This document shows, piece by piece, positions 11,086 to 20,849 of a DNA stretch of 48,026 nucleotides (its first letter is position 1; every line of letters begins with the position of its first letter). The notes below the pieces were generated by a model. The model made no database searches. It was not told the DNA's origin and saw only the letters and a list, made by a program, of their open reading frames with translations. The stretch spans positions 1 through 48,026 of the forward strand of contig MU626407.1 of NCBI GenBank assembly GCA_025603075.1, written 5' to 3'. This DNA is from Neoconidiobolus thromboides FSU 785. Its lineage: Eukaryota; Fungi; Entomophthoromycota. Position numbers and translations under genes: made by a program.

Positions 11086-11709
11086 ATGAAATTCACATCT
11101 GTTTTTCTTTTAACTTTAGTCGCCTTGGGTTATGCCGGTGCTGACACCCAAGCTACCAGTAGCATTCCCCCTGCTGGCGAAGAAGTAACTCCAACTTTGG
11201 ATACTAGTGCAAAAAATGGTGTTCAAGGAAGAACATTGGGTTTAGTTGTTCCTATCTTAAGTTCAGTATTTGGAGCTTTATTCGGTGGAGGCAGTGGAGG
11301 AAGTTATGGTGGAGGTAGTGGAGGAAGTTATGGTGGAGGTAGTGGAGGTTATTATGGTGGCTATCCCTATTATAGCGGAGGCTACTATGGTGGTAATGGA
11401 GGTTATTATGGTGGCAGTGGTGGCTATTATGGTGGCTATCCTTATTATAGTGGCATTATCGGATGGAATGGTCCTAATCAATATTACGGAACTGTCAATA
11501 ACTATTATACTATTTATTCTCCAAATATTAAATACATCAATAATGGAGATGGTACCTATACTCTTTACATTTTCAATATTAGCGGAGTTCAAGGCTCATC
11601 TACCATTCAGCTTACTTGTCCATCTAATACATTCAAAATTAGTAAATCTAATAGCGGTTATCTCTGCCAAGTTTCTCAAGGTGCCTCCTGCTATGTTAAA
11701 TACTCATAA
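11086..11709 (+). CDS. Secreted Gly/Tyr-rich protein E with a Cys-containing C-terminal region (207 aa)
   Basis: Signal peptide; spacer ending VQGR; TLGLVVPILSSVFGALFGG; GGSGGSYG and GGYYGGYPYY repeats; C-terminal segment with three Cys. Confidence 0.88.
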   Translation: MKFTSVFLLTLVALGYAGADTQATSSIPPAGEEVTPTLDTSAKNGVQGRTLGLVVPILSSVFGALFGGGSGGSYGGGSGGSYGGGSGGYYGGYPYYSGGYYGGNGGYYGGSGGYYGGYPYYSGIIGWNGPNQYYGTVNNYYTIYSPNIKYINNGDGTYTLYIFNISGVQGSSTIQLTCPSNTFKISKSNSGYLCQVSQGASCYVKYS

Positions 11710-12018
11710 AAATAAATTATTGTTATATATCAATTTTATTTTAACTATAAGGCTAGGCTCGCTTTTTTTCGATTTAAGCTATTTAGTATAAATAGTATAA
11801 ATATTTCATTAACACATTAAGTCACTTAAGCATAATATAGAATACAATAAAAATAAGTAGTTATTTAATTTCTAACCTTCAAATTTAAATCAAATTTAAA
11901 TCAAATTAACTATAATAAAACACTTGGATGTTTATATTTCTTAAGGTTTTAAAATAAATAGAAAAAAGACATTATATATCTTCGTAGTTTTAGTACTTAA
12001 GATGTCTATAAATTTTCA

Positions 12019-12123
12019 ATATAGGGATGTATTTTTTTGTTTAAGAACTTTACTACTAATCTTTCCGCTCGAATAGTACTTAAAAAATGGAAAAAGTGAT
12101 GAAACCAAAAAAACACCTTATAT
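12019..12123 (+). mobile_element. MITE-like element, family 1, copy 5
   Basis: ATATAGGGATGTATTTTTTTGTTTAAGAACTTTACTAC...GAAACCAAAAAAACACCTTATAT. Confidence 0.82.
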
Positions 12124-12772
12124 GTTGCAATGCTGTAAATACTTGTTATATAAAGATAATAGTTTATTTGTTTTGAGGCAGTTTTATATTATGAAGATAT
12201 TACCCAAAAATTCAAATGAAATAAAGGGCTGTTCTATGAAATGGGTACTATATTTAAAAACTATGAATTAATAATAGTATTAGCTACTATTATATCGGAC
12301 AAAACATAGTGAGGATTGTTATTAATATCTCTAATTCACTTCATTTAAATCACACTACTTTAGTGATATTACTTAAAACAGTTGGCCATAAGCCAAAAAA
12401 AGGAATATCAAATTCAAACTTGAAATTCGAACTTTATTTTTTAACTACAACTTACTACTAATGATACAAACTATTATGTAAGCTTAAAGGGATAAAGAAA
12501 TGTTTATTTTTGTAGCTTCAAATACTATGCCATTACACAACCTAAATTAAAAAACTAATACATCATTAATGATTAGCACATAGCATACCAAACCCGATCA
12601 TCAAAAGAGCCTTTTATTTTTGAAATTAAGAATCCTGAATAACCCGGCTGAAACTACAAAAAAGCATAGCAAGCCTAACTTTAAAGAAAAGGCTTTACTT
12701 TAATAAAAAAGAGATAGCTATATAAACCACTCAAGTTAATGGGATTTTCATATTATTTAAAATACACTAACA

Positions 12773-13285
12773 ATGAAATTTACGCCAATTTTTTTACTTT
12801 TAACTGCTTTGGTTTACTGTGAAGACCAACAAGCACCTAGCTTATCTTCAGAAAATCAAGCTTCTAATTTATCTTCTGAGAATCAAGTTCCTAGTTCTGA
12901 AGCTACTCCAATAGCAGAGCCTGTACAGGGTAAGACTTTAGGTTTGATTTACCCACTTTTACATGGTATACTTGGTGGTGGTTTTGGTGGCAGCGATGGA
13001 GGCAGTAGCAGCAGTAGCTCTGGCTCATCAGCTAGTTCCACAGTAAACAATTATATCAGTTATGGTGGAGCAAATGGAGGTAGCGGCGGTTATCCTTACT
13101 ATGGTGGAGGATATTACGGAAATGGTGGAAGCTATTATGGAAGCGGGTATGGAGGTAGTGGTTATTATGGTGGAGGTTACTATGGCGGCAGTGGTGGTTA
13201 TTATGGAAGCGGTGGTAGCGGCTATTATGGATCTGGCAGTGGATATACTGGAATTGGAAGTGGTAGTGGTGGATATTACCTTTAA
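12773..13285 (+). CDS. Secreted Gly/Tyr/Ser-rich protein F (170 aa), paralog of protein E
   Basis: MKFTPIFLLLTALVYC signal peptide; acidic spacer ending VQGK; TLGLIYPLLHGILGG; GGYPYYGGGYYG shared with E. Confidence 0.88.
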   Translation: MKFTPIFLLLTALVYCEDQQAPSLSSENQASNLSSENQVPSSEATPIAEPVQGKTLGLIYPLLHGILGGGFGGSDGGSSSSSSGSSASSTVNNYISYGGANGGSGGYPYYGGGYYGNGGSYYGSGYGGSGYYGGGYYGGSGGYYGSGGSGYYGSGSGYTGIGSGSGGYYL

Positions 13286-13487
13286 ACTAGATATCTCATA
13301 ATCTAGCCTGTGATTGCCAAATAAACTATTTATGTAAATGCTATTATGAGTTTAAAATTTTGGATCACCAAGTTGTTTTTAATTGACTTTGAAGTTTGTT
13401 GTAAAAAAAGTATCTTAGAAATCAACCAACTTCATTTTATATATTATCGTTTAAAAGTTTTGTGAATAAAGTAGATCAAAAAATAAA

Positions 13488-13569
13488 CGACACCTGCAGG
13501 ATTTGAACCTGCGCGGGGAAACCCCATGAGCTTTCTAGGCTCACGCCTTAACCGCTCGGCCAAAGTGTC
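13488..13569 (-). tRNA. tRNA-Ser(AGA), copy 3
   Basis: Identical to the copies at 4775 and 6420; T-run terminator immediately 3' on the minus strand. Confidence 0.96.
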
Positions 13570-13598
13570 TTCTTATAATCAAGTTTTATAAATAATTT

Positions 13599-13700
13599 AT
13601 ATTTGACTATTTTTTCGACTTTATTACTTTTTTATCTCAAAGACTATTTAACCAGGAAATTGCTATTAAAATTCTTAAACGCAAAAATGCATCCCTATAT
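13599..13700 (-). mobile_element. MITE-like element, family 1, copy 6 (degenerate, 30 bp upstream of tRNA-Ser)
   Basis: ...GACTTTATTACTTTTTT...GGAAATTGCTATTAAAATTCTTAAACGCAAAAATGCATCCCTATAT aligns to the reversed consensus. Confidence 0.68.
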
Positions 13701-14402
13701 ACTGCTATAAACCAGACTAAATTGATTATTTTTTTATTTTTTCTTTATTTTTTCTTTCCCGCTTTACAGCCTAAACTCATCTTTATTTTAATATCAAGAT
13801 AAAGCCAATATATGATTAATTGTATATATTGCTATTGAAATATGCATGAGCTACTTTAATTATAAATATTAGTATTCAAACTAATTATCATAATAAAAAT
13901 ATAAGTTGTTTTAAATGTAAATTAGTTTGAAATTTATTTAAAATTTCTACTCATCATCATTTTAATGTTGTCTCAAATAGTTGAACTAAACTTATAGGAT
14001 GGTTATAAATTGCTTCAGTCTATTGAGAAATGTTTTCGCACCTTGTAGCCTAGCTTTTCATGCTTCAACAACACCTTATAGAGGTGGGGCACTTTTTATA
14101 AAAATCTGTTCAATAACTAAATATAGCGAAAACAAATAGCAAAGTATGAAAACCTATATGCAAACTCCAACTTATCTGAATAATATTTTACATTTTATTT
14201 TTGTTTAAAATACCATACTAATATTTAAGATATTAAATATGATATGATCAATAATACAACTAAAATCATTCTTTATATGGTGATAATTTTTAATTTATAG
14301 TCACCAAACATTTTATATCAAATTGATCTTAGTTATAGAAACTACTTTTATAAATAAATTGTTGTTCAACAAAATTTTTACAAATTCAAAGTTAAATTTT
14401 GA

Positions 14403-14517
14403 ATATGGGAGTGTTTTTTTTGGCTTCATCACTTTTTCCATCTTTTAAGCGCTATTTGAGTGGAAAAATTATTAGTAAAATTCTTAAATACAAAAATACA
14501 TCCATACATCCCCATAT
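14403..14517 (-). mobile_element. MITE-like element, family 1, copy 7
   Basis: ATATGGGAGTGTTTTTTTTGGCTTCATCAC...AAAATACATCCATACATCCCCATAT, with an internal ATACATCC duplication. Confidence 0.85.
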
Positions 14518-14550
14518 AAATTAATCAAATCTTAAAATATAGTTTGAGTA

Positions 14551-14653
14551 TATAAGAATGTATTTATGTTTAAGAATTTTACTAACAATTTTTCCACTCA
14601 AATAGCGCTTAAAAGATAGAAAAAGTGATGAAGCCAAAAAAAATACCCCATAT
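14551..14653 (+). mobile_element. MITE-like element, family 1, copy 8 (inverted partner of copy 7)
   Basis: GAATGTATTTATGTTTAAGAATTTTACTAACAATTTTTCCACTCAAATAGCGCTTAAAAGAT...GAAGCCAAAAAAAATACCCCATAT. Confidence 0.85.
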
Positions 14654-16873
14654 GTTTTAGTATAAATGCCAATTATTTTTAATTAATAAATACATAGGAA
14701 AGTAATATAGCCTGGATTAAAACTTTTAATTTATTTTTACATTTATTATATTTATAGTATTTAGAAAGTTATCGAAAAGAGCACTTGTTTTATAATTATT
14801 ATTACCTTTGATAGTTAATTTTAGTCATTGAATATATAATTACACAGTGATTAGATCAAGCGCTATATACATCAAATACCTATAGTTAGATAATAAGCTT
14901 CATGACTCTATTAAGATTTGAAAATAATGTAGATATAAGATTTGACAGTTTCTTATAATAAATATTAAAATATGCCTTGAGAACGCTTTATCATAGGTGG
15001 CCAAAATAATTGGTATAATAAATAACAATCAATTATCTATAAATGAAATTTGTTGAAATATAATTTAATAATATTTTTATTTAAAAAATAAGTTTTAATA
15101 CAAAAATGGATATTTAAAGTCGTTACCAAGGTAAGATAATAAGAGTATAAAATGCATGATGCGAATAAAGATTATTTTTAGTTTAAACTTTTTTATATAA
15201 ATGTAATGATTTTAGTTATTACATGCCTCAGTCAACTCTTTAATTTGACATTCATTTAGCTGAATTTAAAAAACATCCACTTATTAAATTGGAACAATCT
15301 GTTATACTTACTCATGTAAAAAGAGCTGAATATCTAAAAATAAATTTATTATTAATAATATACAGGGCATTCTTATTCTTTCCATACATCCTAATAGCTT
15401 ATAGTTGTACCCAGTCTATTATTGATTGTTAAGGTAATTGTTTTATTATGTATAATAAAAATAACCGCAATATGTAATCCTGATAATATCTTATGGAAAA
15501 CTACTGGGTCTTTTATTAATATCATTCTTGCTTATATTATTAGAGTAGTTTAAAAGCTTATGTGTAGCTTAATAATATGTAGGATCCAGTACTTTATTAC
15601 AAAGATAGAGCTGCCCATAGTACTCAATCCAGGTATTATATCATCATACTGATAAAATAAGACCAATTCTTAATTTAAGCAATAAAGCAATCATCCTAAA
15701 ATTTATTAAAGTAATAAAAATTTGGAATCTACACTAAGCACTGAGTGATTTTATAGTTCTCTTATAGTTTAAGAACGCTAAAACTCAAATAAATTAATAT
15801 TATTTGTATAATGTCTATTTAGGCATAAAAATTCAAGTAAAAATTATAAACGTATAGGTAAAAACTCAAAAAGTAAACAAGGTTGTTAAATTGTATAGTG
15901 TTAAATATTTTTTATAAGTAGCTTTAAACTTTTATACAAAAAATAAACTGGATTTAACTTTTTAAAAACAAAATAACCCAATGATTTGATTTAACTTATT
16001 ACTTTATTACACTTATTAAACCTGTATTTACGTAAAAGTTTAATATTAAAATACATCGTGAAAACGAACATAAATATGATATATTAAAAGCTTAATTAGC
16101 AAAGACAGTTCACTGTACAGGTAGCAACTTGATGCCTAGAATGAACTGCAGTTAAAGCTATAAATAACCAAAAGTTATAGAATAAATAAAAAGTCCGTCA
16201 TGAAATCAGAATGACTTCAATTAATAAAACTGGGCTTAAAAAATCACTAGCTAAAGCCAAAGCTCCGATTCAAAATAACCTTTTGAAAAAAATTTCGGTT
16301 TTATTTTAGCCAATTACAGGAGAGAAAATTGGGATTAATTTTTCAAAAGTTGATGAGGTGGATCATGATGAGATTATGGCACTTAAGCTATTGCTGTGCG
16401 GACTTGAAAATTAGATTCCGAGAGGAACTTATCCTCATTGAAATCTACTGAAGATTACTAGTTCATTATGAGCTTACAGTTTGTTTACAAAATACGCTTT
16501 CATTTTGATATTAAAATTGGTAAGGTTACACATGTGAGACTAGATGACATTAAGTTACCTTTACACTACATATAAATTAAAAAACATTAAAAAAGGTGTA
16601 TTATTTTATTTTAAAAATAGTAGGGTTATAAAGTGAAAAAATAGTCTAAGAAAATTTAAAATCTTAAGTTTTGAAGGGAGAATAATAAAGAGTAGAGTGA
16701 AAATATCAACAAGAAAAAATAAGCTACCATTACCAGTAATGTGAACATGGACTTAGTGATCGTATATATATAAAGGTCAGATATAGGATAGAGAACGTTT
16801 TTACAACCCACCGTTTGTCATTTTTAAAATTTGATTTACACATATTCCATTTTTAGCTTAATACATACATAAC

Positions 16874-17689
16874 TTAAAGCGGACTGCAAAATCTACGTTT
16901 TAATTTGCCTAGGGGGTTCTGTATAATTGCTCTACAAGCCGATTGGAACACTTGGTCTACCCCCTCGCGTGTGCGTGCAGAACATTCTAAATATTTTACT
17001 GCTCCTATTTGTCTAGCTGTGGATATACCCTAATCAATAAGTTAATAACTGATTATTACGTTATCTTAATCTATTACCTGTTGCTCAGATACTGGTGCCT
17101 GTCCTAAGCGATCTAACTCGGTTAAAGTAGGAAGATCTTTACGTAGATCCGATTTTAGACCAACTAATAAAAAGGGCACTCCTAAAGCAAAGTGAGATAT
17201 CTCTGGATGCCACTAAGAAAAAGTTAATAAAGTTAAAGACAAACTAAAAATATAAGGCTTACTCTTTCTATTACATTTTTAAGTGAAAGTTGAGAAGCAA
17301 TTGAGAAGGCAATGATCAGTACATTTGTATCTGGATAAGATAATGGCCTTAGCCTATCATAATCTTCTTGGCCAGCGGTATCCCATAAGGCTAACTCAAT
17401 CTTTTTACCATCTACTTTGACTTGAGCCATATAATTTTCAAATACTGTAGGTACGTAGGTCTAGGTTAAGTTGTAAGTAAATGATATATAGATAAACTTG
17501 ATGAAAAGTTACTTTTGGGAACTCATTGGTTGCGAACACAACCAATAAACATGTCTTTCCACAACCTCCATCGCCAACAATAACAAGTTTTTTACGTAAG
17601 TCTGGCATGGGGGCACGTCTTATCTTTGTTTAAAATATTAAATAATGAAATGAAAAAAGAAGAGAAAGAGTTACCTTTCTAGTACTCAT
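16874..17689 (-). CDS. Rho-family small GTPase (Rho1/Rho4-like), 5 exons
   Basis: Spliced product MSTRK|[27 protein letters not shown]...|[10 protein letters not shown]...[17 protein letters not shown]...|...LKSDLR...|...YLECSA...[11 protein letters not shown] boxes, polybasic tail and CAAX present; all introns GT-AG. Confidence 0.93.
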
Positions 17690-17958
17690 GTATTTATATA
17701 AAATAGAATTGAGGTTATATTATAAGATCAAGAACAATAGTTGTAATCTTATAATGTAAAAGGAAGTTGAAAGTAAAAGATAACTTTTGAATGAGAGTTA
17801 TCGAAAAGTTAAAGAAACAAATTTAATAAATGAATTCAAATCTCACTTAGTTCTACTATTTAATAATGATCATTATTTGGCCTTAAGCCATATATTTCTA
17901 TTTTAAGATAGGGGATGTAGATGTTAGATCAATGTCATAATCACCTAAGGTGGCCATT

Positions 17959-17997
17959 TGATTGGAGAGTTTAGTATCGAAACATTCCCTTGATTGG
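17959..17997 (-). promoter_or_regulatory. Two CCAAT boxes upstream of the Rho gene
   Basis: TGATTGG at 17959-17965 and 17991-17997; the same heptamer lies upstream of other housekeeping genes (20482, 29668, 29749, 38516, 38539). Confidence 0.4.
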
Positions 17998-19421
17998 CTT
18001 TAATTTGAATTTCGACTCTTATTGACTTCCCCTTTTTTTATCCTAAAGATTTGATAAAGTATGATTCTAGATTATAGCCAATAATAGCTAGCAATTTATT
18101 CTATATTTTATGGATAAACTATTATTGAAGCAACAAATTGCGACTAGATCACTCACAAACTTGATTACATTACTAAATAAAGTATAACAAGAAGCCTGTT
18201 TTCAAAATTAACCTTGGTGTTATTTATTATTTATTATCAATTTTTTTAATTTGAGCTTTATTTGCTTGCTCCCACACATCCTCTTCAAATACTGAAATGA
18301 TAACGTTTATTTTGTTCGAGTTATGTCGCCACTTTATGACACCCATTCTTATTAATTTTAAACTACCGTTGAAATGCAACTTAGTATTTTTTAAAGCTAT
18401 AGATCAAATTATAATTCAATTAAAACCATCGGTTCTATTGTTACTCCTTTCTTATTGGCTCAAACTCAACCCCAACAAACAGAGTTTATTTGCTCTGATT
18501 CTTTAATTTGGTAATTTATTTTCGCAATTTAAAAATGTGGTTATAAAGGAATTGAATTTATATTAAAAGTTTTGTAGTAGAACTATTGGAATCATTAGAA
18601 TTGTTTATTGTTGTTGCGTTTATTGCTTTTATTGCTTTTATTATGAAGTTTTAGTTATTCTTTTATGACATATACAAGTGGTTTGTTCCTACTTCTTACC
18701 TTTATCTATTCTTTTACTGTGAAGGCATTAAAATTTAATTTTATCAAGTTAAAAAATTCATTTCAAATATTTATTTTACATTTTCCTTTTTATCTATGAT
18801 AATTAATGTGATAATTAAATAACTTTTATGAGTAATTAGAATGTAAATTTAATTAAAGTTTGATCTTAATATGGTGCATTTTGTAAAAGATTTTACGCCG
18901 TATTTACTAGCTATATTATTTTTGTCCAATCTTGGTCATTATAAAGTTTTTATCATATGAATTTATTTAATTTAATAAATTAAAGTGTATAGTTATTTAA
19001 TATTATCAATGTTGATAAAAAAAGAGATATGATTGTTTAGCATCATGGTATTCAGTTATAGTATTTCAAGCTTCGACAATATTTATTTATAAAATAGATA
19101 TTCATTTAAAATGTCCAAACCTTAGAGTTAATAAAATATTGACATAATTATTACTACATATAACATAAAAGCTAAAGATAATAATTTTGTTGAAGCTTTT
19201 GATATTCTTTTATTATTTATTATTTATTAATAATCTTTATTTAAATTTACACTAAGAATAGAATAGTTTAATCTAAGAGTTTGTCATTGTTAATAATAGT
19301 AAAAGACTAACTACAATTTCAACCACTATATTTAAAATTATACTATTAAAGTTTATTAAAATTAACTGAATAAATCAATAAAAGGCAGTATAGCATAATA
19401 CACTTTAATAAATAATAAAAT

Positions 19422-20422
19422 CTATTTATTTCTAACCCCGCTAAATTTGTCTTTCCTAATTTGTTTTATCTTTAAATTTTTCACATTAAGAGGTAAATAA
19501 ACAGGGTTTCCTGAATTCAGCCCAGTCTGATTAAACCAAGAGTTCTCAAAAAACTGTGTTTCAATCAAAGGTAAAACATCTGTAGTATAATATTCAATCA
19601 AAGGCTTAAACACTGCTGAGTCCTTCTAGATTAATTGAATAAGAAAACATTTAAAAATAAAATAAACGTTACTTTAATACCAAAAATACAGCATCTCGAA
19701 ATGTTGAGTTTACTTTGGAGTTGAAGCTGGCTCCCTTTAGGTACTAACACTGGATAAATTTTCCCAGAGTACATTGATATTAATTGTAATATTGGATTCA
19801 ATATTGATATACTCGAAAGATCTTCTTTGCATAAGATTATTGCATGATAGGGAGCTTCTTCATTTAAAACTTCTTTCTGCAATTTACTTAATACTTCATT
19901 TAAACCTATTGTTATCTCTTGTTTATAATTATCATGATCGGTTATTGATCTAAATAAATCAATATTGGATTACTAACTTTTAAATTTAATTTACTTCAAT
20001 ATTAATTCCAAGCACTGGTTTTGAATTTCATTTGGTATCTCAGGCCTAAACCAATATTAAATCAAGTCAATTGTTAGCTTTTATTATAGTTACCAAACTA
20101 ATTTATATGGCGTGTCCATAATTTGTTTTAACCCAAAATTCCTTTGCATACTATTTTTATTTTTTGCTTCTTTTATATATAGTTTATTGTCTTTTTCCTC
20201 TTCTTTATTATCTTCATTTATCGCCTCATTTACTTCCTTCTTTTTTAAATCTATTACTTTATTTTCATCCCCCTCATGTTTAGTCTTTTTGGCTTTCTCT
20301 TGCTTACTCTTTTTTCTTAAATTTCCTTCGGATGGTGGTAGTAAAAAGCTGGCAATCTCATTTATCTTGTTTTTTATTTTGTAGTTTGCTTCTAGTTTTG
20401 TTTTGTTTTTTTGTTTATACAT
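19422..20422 (-). CDS. RNase P/MRP subunit Pop3/Rpp38-like (L7Ae fold), 4 exons; 5' end approximate
   Basis: Three fragments join through GT-AG introns: TPYKLVW|PEIP, ITIGLNEVLSKL (L7Ae GxNEV motif), AIILCKEDL, YLPLNVKNLK. Confidence 0.72.
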
Positions 20423-20849
20423 TTCACTGCAGAAATAAAATTTATCTGAATGGAAATTTAGAATTTATTCAGTTATTATTGTGATTGGCTGAGAAGGATT
20501 ATTGAAAAAATCGATGTTAGCTTTTAATATAATTAAAATTTAAGCAATTAGCTTTAGTATTGAAAATAATTAATATATTATGTTTTATAAAGAGCTTTTA
20601 GGTCATAATAGTATTATCGACACTATTTGAATACCTGTTATTATAATCTCAAAACCAGGTAAATAATTTTAACTTTATAGTATAATAATTTTCAATAATG
20701 ATTACCATATTAATAAAATTATAAAAGATATAAACTAAAAAAATATTACAACTTTTTGAAAGGTTATCGAACTACAAGAAACAAATATTAAACTGTAAAA
20801 AAAAATAATTAAAAATTTTAATAAATGAAAAATATTTTAAATGGTTAAG

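Noticed and set aside
11270-13301. Val/Met/Ile-rich alternative-frame ORFs over genes E and F
   Set aside because: Frame shadows of GGN/TAY repeats.
13980-14130. SAPPL*GVVEA*KARL on the minus strand, faintly like an integrase GVVER motif
   Set aside because: Too short and interrupted; no DDE context.
16211-16440. Stop-codon recoding or selenocysteine read-through
   Set aside because: The interrupting stops are TAG, bona fide genes here terminate normally, and no SECIS or Sec context is visible.
18250-18510. 69-aa + strand ORF and a 36-aa minus-strand ORF (MGVIKWRH...) upstream of Rho
   Set aside because: No motifs or convincing splice structure; cannot be distinguished from chance.
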